The notes beneath the pieces are model-generated. The model saw only the letters and a list, made by a program, of their open reading frames with translations, was not told where the DNA came from and ran no database searches. From the NCBI RefSeq assembly GCF_018977255.1, contig NW_024704752.1:12648001-12712000 (forward strand): a DNA stretch of 64,000 nt, in the 5' to 3' direction. The stretch is from Callorhinchus milii. Lineage: Eukaryota. This document shows, in pieces, positions 12,001 to 23,820 of this stretch. The position numbers and the translations under genes were made by a program. The first letter of the stretch is position 1, and every line of letters begins with the position of its first letter.

Positions 12001-13719
12001 CAAAGGAACAGTCAAAGATATAGGTCTTTAGTTGAGTTTTAAAAGCAGAAAGGAAGCAGTCAAGGAGCAGGAATTTTGGAAGAATTCCACAGGGTGGATG
12101 CAGTGTGGCTGGAAACTCAGCAGACGATCATGCAGCAGAGTTGACAGGGTCCACTCGCTCCACATGGAGGGAGGGAGTGGCCGTGGAGAAGGGTCACAGG
12201 AGATCGAAGAAGTCGGGTAAGGCAAGGCTATGGAGAGTTTGAAGGCCACGTCAAAAACCTTTTAAGTTGATTTTATTTGGTCAGGCAGCTGTCAAACACA
12301 TGCAGAAACCCAGGATCTAACCAGGCAGAGTTCCACATATGCATGCCACCCACACGTGCAATTTCAACTCAACTGGAATGGAATGCTCACTCTCTTCCTG
12401 AAGGGATATACACTGCATCCATGAAGTAGAGGCAGGCAATGTTGTGAAGATGGAGGAAAATGGATTTGGTTAAGAGTCTAAATGAAAAGTTAAGAGTGTT
12501 GACAGCCAAACTAAATGCAGAAGTGTCGCACAGGCTCTGTGAGTTGAGTGAACAGCCAGGAAGATTGACATGAATAGCACTGAGGTTAGGAGCCATTGGC
12601 ACTGGATTCAGTTTTGTCAATGAGTTACAGAAAGTCAAAGCTCATCAGACTTGAAAAGCAATGGTCTTGGAGTTGAAGGTGGAAGGAAAGTTGGGTGTCA
12701 TCCAGGTACACACTTAAACATAGACCCCTAACCACCTTCTTAATCTCGTGCCCATTCATCATGTAGCTCGTAATAACATGATGCAATGAGTGCATTAATG
12801 ATGTGAACTGTTGCCAGCTCTCCCAGCAATGGCAGCTTGCTTGTGTGATAAAAATTTATTATATTCACAAAAACACATCTTTCAACTAACTACATTGATG
12901 TTCTCTCTGTAACTTTTGGCTGACAGTGCAACAATTTACCAGGGACCTTCTGAGGCACTAAACGTCAGGGCCATATTTGAGACCTTGTGAATACCACAAA
13001 CCTAGGTCTGCAGTGGTTATAGCTAGAAGTGTGTGGTAATGCCTGAAGCTCATTTTTCTCATGGGAACTACTCATTTTCACAGGAACAGCATTCACATCT
13101 CAGGTGAGCTTTGTAGAGTTAATAGAAATTTGGCTTTAGAATGAACTCAGTTATAGCAAATCATGACAAACTTTTTTATGGAAGCAACCCAAACAATTTT
13201 TTTTAAAAATCAGTGTCATTACTACATCAGCCACCTTTTTAAGACATTCACATTAGTAAGGTTGCTCTCTTTCAAATGCTAGTTTTAAGCACTCTGAGAC
13301 ACTACCCTGTGTGGAAGATGCTATATAAGTGCAAGTTGTTGTTGTAGTTTACATTAAAAACTACAATTTCACATCAATGCTGCACAGTTGATTTACAATC
13401 TTCGTCTATTTTGGTGACAAGTTAATCAACATTTAAGACAATAAGCAGACTAGGTTAAGACTTGCTAAAGCAAACACCACATATGTGCAAATGAAAGGAC
13501 ATTTTCTTAAAGGGGCATGCAAACACACATTTCAAATTATTCGGTTCAACCTGAATCATTGGATAGCTTCAGTACATCTTGTCCACTAGCTTTAACCAGA
13601 AAGCAGTACCATACAAACCTTTACTTCAGCCATTTTAAAGAAATAATCCCAAATAATACCATTCTATTTTTTTCTAAAAAAAAACTACTCACCTTAAATT
13701 TTTCTGCTGTTTGAGACAT
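2967..13719 (-). CDS. SEPTIN2: Septin-2, spliced CDS, 3'-incomplete in this window (9 coding exons)
   Basis: Exons splice in frame with GT-AG ends: MSQTAEKFK|LLQ5MLQ15[38 protein letters not shown]|ESGLGKS (G1 P-loop)...DTPG (G3)...AKAD (G4)...RLYPWG...[15 protein letters not shown]. The C-terminal coiled-coil exons were not found in 1-2900. Confidence 0.97.
3258..3403 (-). CDS. SEPTIN2: SEPT2 coding exon 8 ([48 protein letters not shown])
   Basis: 146 nt, AG/GT ends, septin unique element. Confidence 0.96.
3591..3692 (-). CDS. SEPTIN2: SEPT2 coding exon 7 ([34 protein letters not shown])
   Basis: 102 nt, AG/GT ends. Confidence 0.96.
4483..4600 (-). CDS. SEPTIN2: SEPT2 coding exon 6 ([39 protein letters not shown])
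   Basis: 118 nt, AG/GT ends, AKAD motif; lies within ORF 4429..4614. Confidence 0.96.
5254..5388 (-). CDS. SEPTIN2: SEPT2 coding exon 5 ([45 protein letters not shown])
   Basis: 135 nt, AG/GT ends. Confidence 0.96.
6118..6241 (-). CDS. SEPTIN2: SEPT2 coding exon 4 ([41 protein letters not shown])
   Basis: 124 nt, AG/GT ends, DTPG motif. Confidence 0.96.
6811..6897 (-). CDS. SEPTIN2: SEPT2 coding exon 3 ([29 protein letters not shown])
   Basis: 87 nt, AG/GT ends, P-loop motif. Confidence 0.96.
7575..7758 (-). CDS. SEPTIN2: SEPT2 coding exon 2 (polyQ, polybasic region, start of G1)
   Basis: ttttcatctag|TTG TTA CAG...GTA GTT G|gtaagt, 184 nt. Confidence 0.93.
8290..8775 (+). mobile_element. 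L2 3' fragment interrupted by an antisense CR1 3'-end fragment (~8357-8545)
   Basis: L2 text ccaccatcagcagtcaggctttcagct resumes at ...ctctggaactcc...tccttcaaggtctacctcaagaccttcctcttt; the insert reads cacagaatcgaacagcacaaaaagaggccgttcggcccatcgagtctgtgccggctc. Confidence 0.7.
10195..10388 (+). mobile_element. CR1 LINE 3' end fragment
   Basis: [17 protein letters not shown]...GEWD followed by atgggttgaatggcctccttctgtgctg. Confidence 0.8.
11895..12710 (-). mobile_element. Highly decayed L2 relic
   Basis: Remnants such as [10 protein letters not shown] and a tail-like aaaatttgcacttttatagcacc; boundaries approximate. Confidence 0.5.
13693..13719 (-). CDS. SEPTIN2: SEPT2 first coding exon, MSQTAEKFK (whole exon 13693-13741 including 5'UTR)
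   Basis: Minus strand reads ctttcag|GTAGAATTGCGCAATCTCCACT ATG TCT CAA ACA GCA GAA AAA TTT AAG|gtgagt; the phase-0 end fits the next exon. Confidence 0.85.
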
Positions 13720-16700
13720 AGTGGAGATTGCGCAATTCTACCTGAAAGAGAAAGAAGTTTAGCATACATTACTCCATAAATATTTGACAAATTTATTTCT
13801 ACCCCATCAATTTCTTCTCATCCACGAATCCAAATTAATTTACCCTGGATAATGAACATTAACCGTAAAATCATTACAACTGGGAATCTGAAAACAAGTG
13901 GCAAGACTCCTAGGCTTTATTCTCATCCATTTGAAAGAGCTTAGGTTTTCAAAATAGTAGCAGCCCTGATGGTGTAGTAGATGAAGCTGCAGCTTATGGA
14001 TGACTTGACATCAATGCAATGGTTTCACAACAACGTCAATATGTTACGGAAGAGTGGGACTCAGCAGGCTTACTCAATTCAGCTTAGCAACTTTATACTG
14101 CGTCAAGTCTGCAGCATGCGGAGGCAACTGAAGATCTGACTCTCTACTCCAAAATAGTGCCATGGGATGCAAGAATGAAGAACTAGAACCAACAAGGTCT
14201 TGGTTTAACAATTCATCCAAAGCCCTACACTGAAAACCCTGCAGCTCTCCTCTATCTCTCACAGTGTTCCCCCTGTACTCGAGCAACAGTCTAGAATAGA
14301 TTATGACTACAACTCCTTGCGCTGCTACTCCAAATGACCACTTTGTAACCCACAGGTTAAGAGTGCTACCAATGAGATAGAAAAAATAAAAGTAATGTAT
14401 CCAAGAATTGAGCTCACTGATGAAAGATTGCGATCAGCTTTTTTTAAAAAAACATAAAAATTCTATGAACAGGAAACACCTTGGGCTCCACGAAATCTCA
14501 AGACTAAGAGTGAATGCATTGGTGGAGTTTCAGGTAATTTCTACCTCCCCAAATCTTGGGCATCGAGGGTCTTGTAACACTCACAAAGAAATCTTACTGA
14601 TTTTTATGCTAATGATCTCTCTCACACAATATGGTTAATTTAAGGCAGTATTTACTCAAAATGGCAAGCCTCCAAATCAAGGACTTCAGAACACCATACA
14701 TGCAATCTCACACAATCACAACTGATACTATTAATATCAAGTTGTGCCTCAGTAGTTGATTACCAACACACTCTAAAAACCAGCAGAGGCAAAAATAAAA
14801 TGAATCTTACCCCCTTCCCCTGAGTAATCTCCAGTACAATTCATTGTCACACTCCAGACAGCAAGAAAGAAAGAGGGAAAAAAAGCTCAGCATCACTTAC
14901 AACTAAATCTCTAATATTTATATAATCAGTCAGATTCAGTTTCACACATACGAATGTTAAACTTGTTAGTTTAGATCAAACTGCGGGAATAATAGTCGGG
15001 CATAACCATGCTTTTTTAAAAAAAACATGAATATTTTATGTTCTTCCTGCTCCCAATTAATTCTGGGGCACACACTGTAGAAACCAAGAGCTTTCTGAAG
15101 ATTTCTAAAAATCACAGGTTTATAAAATTGCAAATACCTTTGTAAGTGTCAGTTACACCCATATTTCCTATCCACAACGCAAGAAGTGCAATAACGTTGC
15201 TCTAACAATTGTATGTAGGTAGGTAGCACTTTAACCAGTCAGACATAAACAGTTTTGTCACTGAGGGGTGGGTAGTTTTACCTTGGACACTTATAACGCA
15301 ACCCATCCTAAGGCAGCTAGAGGCTCAATTAAGCAGAATCTAAGTACAGTTAAGAACAAAGTAAAAAGAGATCCTAGTCGGTCATATTGGGAACTAAAGT
15401 ATTTATTTTAAAACCAGACAGTTGAAAAGAAGCTGAAGTGCCAAATCAAGGTTAGACTGGACAGAACATCACCATGTGCTCACATTCAGCAGCAAAATAA
15501 ATTTCCATTCTCATTTGAATCTGAACTTCTTTTTCCAACATAAATGAGACGGTCGGATTCCTAAATCATGGCTTAAAAGTGGGTCTAAGGGAACAAAAAG
15601 CAAATAATTGTAAATAGTCCGGCTACTTAAAATGGCAGAATGCAACACACAATTAACCCTACGGGGAAGTCTCCACTAGAGAAAAAAAAACGGTGTTGGC
15701 ACATGTGGTACAGATGGGGAATCGGTTTCTCAGACAGCCGCTTTGTACACGAAAATGTGTCAGTTGTAGATCTGACTGAAAGTTGCTCAACCCACAACTA
15801 GCCAAAGCAAGAAAAGCTATGATCCAGGTTTTTTTTCCCCCCCCCACTCTGTGGAGTTGCTTGTATAAAATGAGCACCATGATTAACCAGTCCACAGCAG
15901 AAAATCCTGTGATACACTTTTCCCTTCTGGGACATGATGACTCAGTGTCCCTTCATTGGCTGAATAACATAGGACGAGAATGCTCACATTTCTAACAATG
16001 AGTGAAAACGGCAAAGCTAACTTTCCTGCACTCTCTCTCTCCTGTACGTTGTAAATACAGCTCTGTCCTATATAAAGCAGCCTCTGTGAGACGTACAAGA
16101 GCACATTATGAAGCCGCCATGGCAATGTGCGCTGCAAAGGGAATCTGCCAGATGCTACCAAGTAAACATCTATAAGATAGAAAAGTTTACCCTCCAGCTA
16201 ACCCCTCCATTAACAATAGTAAAATTGTCAAAACAAGACAACAACCAATTTTCTGTGTACTTTTTCTACACCCATTCATTTGACAGACAGATGTTGACAG
16301 ATAATACCTTGCTTGTATCGAAAGCCAGATAGTGAGACTTGCTCTGTACGCATACGAGGCAGCAGCCTTAGACCATTCGCTTTCTTAATATCACAATCTC
16401 ACACTGCATGCATTATTTCCAAGGCCAGGTACAATTTTCTTTTTCCAAGCCAAGAAAACCATTTGTACTCCGGGTGCCTCAAAATATAAGCACACCCACT
16501 GTGAAATTGTAACTGCCATTCACAATTCCCAAATCCTTCATTATCGATTTTACAACTCAAGTCAAATGAATTTAGCTTCAATGAGAAAATTCACAACAGA
16601 AATATCAGCAGCTCATACACAAGCAATAAGCAGAGATGATCCAACCGCGTAATCAAAAGCAGCTCAACGCAGAGATAACGTGGAGCAAAGCTCCCTCTTT

Positions 16701-18489
16701 TCAAAAGAAGTTTATTCGATTTAATGAACATCATAATCGCTTACATAAAAAGTACACAATATCCCCAGAAGGCACAACAATTTGTACTTATATAGCGCCC
16801 TCCACACAGAGTAGCGTCTCAGAGTGCTTAAAATTGGATCTTCTCCAATTAGCAAAGAGAACATCAAAAAAAATGTGAGTGGAGATCCAAGGAACTATTT
16901 AAACCTATGAGGCTTTGCTCCATTACACAGGACTGGGAATTCCAATGCTTTTTTTTAAATATAGAAGTCTCTCAGGCTATACAGTTAATTGGGCTCAACA
17001 AACATCAATGCTCAGTCACAAAAGCTCATGGGTATTGCACCTTGAGAATTATTTTCCACAATGATTAAAAATGATGCACCATGTTTTTTTTAAAAATGCT
17101 GCAGCTGCTGTTATATTTCAGGAACAGAAATGTGAACTCTTCAAACTGAATACCTACACCTGGGTCACTAACACAAGCAGTTCTTCTGCACAGTGCAAAT
17201 AAGAAAAACATTCCATGGCAGTAGAATGCAATGCCTGGAATCCTTAGAAGGAATGAGATACATGAACTAACCTAAACTAACGAAACAAGAGAAGAGGATA
17301 CCGTAGAACTCACAAACCCAGCATTTGGACTGGAGTGAAAGCCAAAATGTTGGAACCATACTTGAATCTTGGTGACTGGGATACACTTGAGTCAACTTCC
17401 TCTTCCATTATATAAAACAATTGGATGGGCTACAGAAAAAGAGCATGGCAGAGCAGAAAGTATATCTGAGAGCAATCTCTGGATTCCAGTTGAAAGACAA
17501 CCACTATGCTTTGAAATACAAGGCACAGAAAAGCAACACAGTTTGCATCCAAAATAAAAAATAATCAGGGATGGGATGTTAACGAGCCAAACACTTAACA
17601 AACTAACTGGGCAGCTGAGAATATCTTCTACCCAGTTATACAGTTATGCAGGGTTAAGTGTTTAAAGTTTACTGTTCAGTCAGCAACCATAAACAGTATC
17701 TCCATATTCTGTGCTGAACACACAATAAAGAAAAAGTGATGCCTTCACAGAGTTGCAAGGGTAAAGTTATGATCAGAAGCTGTTCCTTAGATCTGTAAAA
17801 TCTTGAGGTAGCTTTTTATTATAGTATGAAAGAAACCATCGCATTTGTTAAATGCTATCTAGCTTTGATAGAATAAAGCAAAAGGGAAATATTTGCACCT
17901 GGGGGAAACAAAAGAAACATGAACATTTGCTAACCCTGTGGCTTCCAAACTTCAATTAGAAAATACAAGACTCAGGACCACTATAAAGGAAACACCAAAG
18001 TAAATGCAAGGCTTCTCATTTGAGTAGACAAAATCAACAATAGAACAGGTTCCAGCATAGGTTCATTACACAGAATTTCTACAGCATAATTTAATGTCGC
18101 TGGCTTTATTCCAAACAGTATAGTGATATGGTGCAGGACCCCAATTATGCTTCAAGCTCTGTCAGGACTGAATATCAGCAACAGCAATTCTGGGAAGTTT
18201 TTTTTTTTGAAAAGGACATCTGACCATTTTAACAACATTTTTAAAAAATGGTTTGTTCAAATTTCCCAGTATCTCCTTTAAAACAGGACAGAGAATTGAG
18301 CCTAATGCAATTCACATTTGTTGCATTTAGCCTTCATGGGTATGAATCACACAACTCCTGAAACCACCTTCTCCAGCCATTCAATCACACTGCTCTTTTA
18401 GCAGTGAATAGCCAAACTTGCAATAAAAATAAATAACACCCATCTTTCCAGCATAGGAAGTGCATGAAAGACAAGAATTGTTTGCAAGT

Positions 18490-18690
18490 CTGAAAGGATA
18501 GTTGAGGGTTAAACAAGATGCCAAGGTTCCGACTGGCTTAGTAAGGTGCAGTGTGCAACCATGGATGTTTATGCTGTCAGCACCTGAGGTGTGGAGGCAT
18601 TGATGGGAGCCAAACCGGAGAGCCTTGGTCTTGTTGTCGTTCAACTGAAGAAAATTAGCTCCCATCCAGGACTTGATGTCTGACAGTACT
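18490..18690 (-). mobile_element. L2 RT fragment
   Basis: LSDIKSWMGANFLQLNDNKTKA; homologous to ~24715-24855. Confidence 0.82.
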
Positions 18691-20400
18691 AGCAAAAACA
18701 CGCAACCTACGTGTGCAATAAATTACTTCAAGCTACTATACATTTAATTTTTTCCTTGGATTTCTCTCTGTGCACAGGAGGATCATGTTGATTCAAACGG
18801 AAACCATTACAATGGATTTAGTGCTGAAAGTAGTATGAAATACTCAAAAGACTCGAAATAAATCACCAAAAGACTTCACACCTCTGAACCAACTGTTGGT
18901 GGTGCTAGCTCATTATCTGATCTGCTGCACACAAAAATGTAAAAGCAGAACAAACCTTTGACCTCACCACAATATCCTCTTCTACATTGCAATGACCTAG
19001 TGTTGCCTTGGAGAGAATATTTAAAGCTTCCTTCAGAAATATATGTAGATTCATTACTAATCTCTTCCACAGTATTCTATTCCTTGTTTGAAATCTTGTA
19101 ATTCGATAAGATTAGAAGCCCATCACTCCTCAACTAGTCCACGATCAGAACCCCAGTCAGCCTTACTTAGAAACAGAAGCCATGTTTCATAGGGAGACAA
19201 AAGAGCTATGATCACCACACTACCACAAGTTGCTAAATAATTGAATATAATAGTTTGAACAATACTACAAACTGCAACTAAATTTGACTACTTTTTCATC
19301 AGATAAAAAATTCCAAACTCTTTTTAATGAACACCAGATATTTTCAAATAGCCCATCAAAATAGTTATCTTTACCTTGACACCACAGAGCATAGTCCAGA
19401 CACATTTAACAAACGGAAAATGTTTCAGGCAGGAAATGCAAGGCAAGATATAGTAATCTAGTGTAAAGGAAATCTACTAAACAGTTACAATTAGCTAATT
19501 CAAGATTATGGTCATAAACTGCAGTTTCCCCAATTATGCCTCTCCTGATCAGCCCTCCTGGGGAGGGGGGAACTGGGTCTCCTTGGAGCTAAACTGGCGA
19601 CATGGTGACATGCCTGGAGACAGAATGTCAGAATCGAGCCAGCCCTCTGTGGCCGTCTCTAGTCCGGTTCCAGGTGCAAAGTATCCCAAATTGCTGCTGA
19701 TGATAGCACAGCCAACCAGGCTCATCAGCAGGACCTGGAAGGGCAGTGGTGGGAGGGAATCATCCCATTCAGCTCCTGTTAATCCTGCAAGCTAAAGCCC
19801 TAATGGGGTAGGGCGGTCCTCGCTAGACAAGCAGCAGGAAAGCTTGACAGACAGCAATATCAATGGCAAGCTGTGCGGTTCGAGTTGGTCATCAAGCAGG
19901 ATAAAATGATCAGTCAGTGTATACAGCGAGTTCACTTTTGTAAGTACTCTCTTTGCACTTTACTATTTAAATCACCATGCCTTGCATCAGATAAATTTAA
20001 TCCTGGACAGGAAATGGTCAATCACCTCTCAGTCAGAGGCAATTGCTGTACGATAACGAGCTGCGAAACCCACAATTGCAGTGTTTCCAATGCTTTTTTT
20101 TAAACAAAAACGGTTCTGTTCAGTTTTTGTTTCAAAGAGTACACAGGAAGCTGCTTGAAGTTGTAAGCACGTCTTGGCTAAACAACAATCAGGAGACTGG
20201 CGACCAAATGTACAAGTGCATTGAAGCTCACAATCCTGACTGGAGAAAAATCTGTAAAACGTGTGGAAGCAAACACAATCTGTAAAGTTTGGAACATAAA
20301 GGAGAAACCAAGCATCTTGTAAAAACACAACTTCGCTTGCAATAGAAACAAAGAAAAATTGAAAGAAAGACAGGGGCAGTGAAAATAAACTGGTCATTTT

Positions 20401-20578
20401 CAATATAAATTGGTCATTTTCAATCTACGACTGTCTGTGGGACATTCCTGTGCGCAATTGGCTGCCGCGTTCACCCACAAATATACAGTCAATTCACTTT
20501 ACAGTGTGTTCTGTGAAGCGCTTTGGGACGTCCTCCCGACGTGAAAAGTGCTATATCAAATGCAAGGATTATTATTAT
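20401..20578 (+). mobile_element. 5'-truncated copy of the same SINE
   Basis: Matches the reverse complement of ~22235-22407. Confidence 0.88.
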
Positions 20579-20849
20579 AAACTGCAGTCCAGTGGAGGTG
20601 GAGTTGTGAAGCAGCACAAAAACATTACAGTAAAAGAAAAAGCCTTTTTTATGTCTGTGGAGCTACGAGCTCCTTTCAGAGCGATTTACCTTAAACCCTA
20701 GTCCTCCTGCTCTTTCCCTCTACTACTAAAATAGGACTATTTTACCTTCAAGTACTCATCTATTTCCCTGTCAAAGTGTTCCTGCGGGAGCCAACTTCCC
20801 CAAAACCGTTTATGGTAAAGCACTCCATCCACATCCTAACAAATCCCTC

Positions 20850-21043
20850 CAAAACCAAAAACAACAATAAATTGGTCATTTTCAATCTACGACTGTTTGT
20901 GGGACATTGCTGTGCGCAATTGGCTGCCGAGTTCGCCCACAAATATACAGTCAATTCACTTTACAGTGTGTTCTGTGAAGCGCTTTGGGACGTCCTCCAA
21001 GACGTGAAAAGCGCTATATCAAATGCGAGGATTATTATTATTA
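20850..21043 (+). mobile_element. 5'-truncated copy of the same SINE
   Basis: Near-identical to 20401-20578 and to the reverse complement of ~22230-22425. Confidence 0.88.
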
Positions 21044-21399
21044 TATAAACGCGAGAGAATTTTTTTTGAGAGAAAGAGAGAGAGTTTTTTTTGAGAAAAA
21101 AATTCTTTTGAGAGAATCGGGAGAAGCTCTGCGGGACCTTTCCTCATCCCCTCCAAAACCATACACTTGACTATCTCCCCCAACCCACCCACACACACTC
21201 CCCCCCTCACACACACACCCACCCACACCCACACCCCCTCACACTGCCATCTACACACATCACCAGAAGGTTCCTTCTCTCCCCAGAGATGCCTTTTCTC
21301 CCCCCTCCCCTCCCCCATTCCCCCCCCTCCCCCCCAACGAGATCACAGGACAGTTATCACACTCCCCGCCCCCCCACCCCCCGGGCCCTCTCTCTCTCT

Positions 21400-21850
21400 C
21401 CCCTCCGAGTCGCTTCCTCATCTTTGTTAGGACTTCGCATCTCCCAAACCTCCCGCCCCCCCCCCCGCCCCGTGGGGATGGACCCCCCGCCCCGCCCTCC
21501 CGGTGCGGCCCCGCGGCAGAGAAGGAAGAGAGCAACAGAGGGCGGTTCCCGTTCCCTCACTTACTCTCCGTGCAATGCGGTCGAGGAGGAGCGGTGGCGA
21601 CTCGGGATAAAGAGGCCGAAACGCCGGGGCTCTCTGCTCCGGGGGGAGGGAGGGAGGGGGGGACTCGGTTACGGTGCGCGCGGGGGCGGAGGGGGGGCGG
21701 GCGGTCGGCGCTGGACTCACGGCACCGACTGTGGCTGATCCGGGCGGCGCCGCAACCCTCGCGATACTGGAACCCTCCCCCAGACTGCACCGCGCCAGAG
21801 GCGGACACAACACCGTCATCGTCCCCCACCCCCCCGCCTGCTTAAAGGGA
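21400..21850 (-). promoter_or_regulatory. CpG island / SEPT2 promoter with candidate non-coding first exons (donors after 21565 and 21721)
   Basis: Dense CpG with GC-box-like runs; minus-strand donors CACGGAGA|gtaagt and GGTGCC|gtgagt face the SEPT2 acceptor at 13741. Confidence 0.75.
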
Positions 21851-22005
21851 CAGGCACACGCTTCTCCGTCTTAAAGGGACAGGCACACGTTTCTCCATCT
21901 TAAAGGGACAGGCACACGTTTCTCCATCTTAAAGGGACAGGCACACGTTTCTCCATCTTAAAGGGGCAGGCACACGTTTCTCCATCTTAAAGGGACTGGC
22001 ACACG
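21841..22005. repeat. 29-bp tandem minisatellite, ~5.7 copies (CTTAAAGGGACAGGCACACGTTTCTCCAT)
   Basis: Units start at 21841, 21870, 21899, 21928, 21957 and 21986 (partial), with 0-2 mismatches each. Confidence 0.95.
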
Positions 22006-22009
22006 CCGC

Positions 22010-22219
22010 TCCCCTCCCTTGCTTCCTTCAATCCCCATCTCAACACCTGTCTCTTCGACTGTGCGAGAGTGACGGTCACTCTCCTACCTCCACCTTCCCT
22101 GCCCTTAACCTCTCCTGATCCCAATCCCCAGCTCGGGTGCACATCCTTGACTCTCTGGGGAACTTTGGGACGTCCTCCCAACGTGAAAGACCCTATACAA
22201 ATGTAATTTGTTGTTGTTG
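22010..22219 (+). mobile_element. L2 3' tail fragment
   Basis: ctttgggacgtcctcccaacgtgaaagaccctatacaaatgtaatt(tgt)n. Confidence 0.75.
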
Positions 22220-22229
22220 CCATCTTAAA

Positions 22230-22550
22230 TAATAATAATAATCCTTGCATTTGATATAGCGCTTTTCACGTCTTTTAGACGTCCCAAAGCGCTTCACAGA
22301 ATATATTGTAAAGTGAATTGAATGTATATTTGTGGGCGAACGCGGCAGCCAATTGCGCACAGCAATGTCCCACAAACAGTCGTAGATTGAAAATGACCAA
22401 TTTATTATTGTTTTTTTTTGGAGGGATTATTATTAGGCTCTGTGTGGAGTAAGGAAACTTGCCCAAGGTTTCGCCCTCTGCCTGGAATTGAACTCGGGTC
22501 TCTCACTTGCAAAGCGAGTACTCTAACCACTGAGCTACAGGACTCCACAG
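22230..22550 (-). mobile_element. Full-length tRNA-derived SINE (Deu-type body, L2-like tail)
   Basis: Minus-strand head TAGCTCAGTGG (A box) and GAGTTCAATTCC (B box); body gctgtgcgcaattggctgccgcgttcgccc; tail gcgctatatcaaatgcaagg(att)n. Confidence 0.9.
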
Positions 22551-22689
22551 AGTCCTTAAAGGGTCAGTCACGTACTTCACCTGCTTAAAGGAAAAACTAC
22601 ACAGCCGCTTGGAAGGGCAGACAGCATCTCAGTTTCAACAAGAACAAATTACATTTGTATAGCGCCTTTCACGTCAGGAGGATGTCCCA

Positions 22690-22840
22690 ACTTATCTAAA
22701 GGACACCACCTCCAACAATGCAGCACATTCCTGCATTGGAGTGCCAGCAGACTATACGGCTTCCCAGTCCTGACGTGGGGCTTAAATCCACAACCTTCTG
22801 ACTCCGAGGCAAGAATGCTACCAACTCAGCCACACTGACA
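22690..22840 (-). mobile_element. Older Deu-type (SacSINE1/AmnSINE-like) SINE 5' part
   Basis: Minus strand reads tgtcagtgtggctgagttggtagcattcttgcctcggagtcagaaggttgtgg...; related to ~55183-55500. Family name is from recall. Confidence 0.6.
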
Positions 22841-23256
22841 ATATTATAAAGGTGTATTAAATTTTAAATTGGATTGAGGTAGTAAACCCAAAACAATATT
22901 TTTGATACAGCTGTTCTTGATTTGCACATTACAATTAGGATAAATTGTATGCACACACAGTGCATGCAGTTAAATTTGTGGGATAACTATTTCTCCAAAG
23001 TACTTCTGAATGTGAGTGATCTATGCTTAGTGCATTGACCAAGAGTCTTCCACTACGTTGCCCCATTGCCAAACAAAGATTTTGTCTGGACCAGGGACTC
23101 GCTGTGATTCTCTTTATTTTTATTTGGGATTCCTTGAAATTAGTATCCCTGCTAACAAACTAGGAATGGTATAGATCGTAATCTTGATATGTTGATTCCC
23201 AAGAAGGCAGATTTTGTACAATTATAAATTTGGCAGATTTGGTCAAACTGTTTTAA

Positions 23257-23820
23257 AACAACAACAACAAGATTTCATTTATAGAGCGCCTTTCACGTCA
23301 GGAGGACATCCCAAGGCGCTGGACTGTTGGGTCAGGACCCGAGCAGGAGTGAAATGGTCGAGGGGAGGGAAGGGAGGGAGCGAGGAGGGGGTAGAGAGTT
23401 GAGAGGGGAGGTCAAGGCACGGTCAAAGAGAAAGGTCTTGAGACTGGCCTTGAAGGAGGAAAGGGAGGAAGCGGCGAAGGCACTGGGGGATGGAGTTCCA
23501 GAGCCTCGGGGCTGAGAGGCTGAAGGCCCGGCTACCGATGGTAGGGCAGTTGGGGCGGGGGATGTGGAGCAGACCGGAGCCAGAGGAACGGAGGGAGGGG
23601 GATAGTAGGTCAGACAGGTAGGAGGGAGCAAGGCCGTAAATGGCCTTGTAGGTGAGGATGAGGATCTTGAATTCGATCCTCTGGGGGATGGGGAGCCAGT
23701 GGAGGCGAGCGAGGGTGGGAGTGATGTGGTCGTGAAGCCTGGTGCGGGACAGCACATGAGCTGGAGGGAGGTGCCAGGAAGGCCGGCGAAGAGAGAGTTC
23801 CCATAGTCCAGCCTTGAGGT
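23257..23820 (-). mobile_element. L2-clade LINE 3' fragment
   Basis: ORF 23423..23863 contains HITPTLARLHWLPIPQRIEFKILILTYKAIYGLAPSYL...APRLWNS; tail ends in (gtt)n. Confidence 0.92.

Noticed and set aside
21050-21125. Odd GA/T-run repeat next to a SINE tail
   Set aside because: Looks like a degenerate microsatellite or low-quality sequence; no interpretable structure.
21167-21874. Many overlapping Gly/Arg/Pro-rich ORFs
   Set aside because: Typical of a GC-rich CpG island; no recognisable protein.
21841-22005. Possible CRISPR array (29-bp repeats)
   Set aside because: Units are contiguous with no spacers, there are no cas genes, and the context is vertebrate.
22478-22550. tRNA-Ala(TGC)-like sequence (also at ~39465-39537)
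   Set aside because: It is the head of a multi-copy SINE, continuous with the SINE body and tail, and not a standalone tRNA gene.
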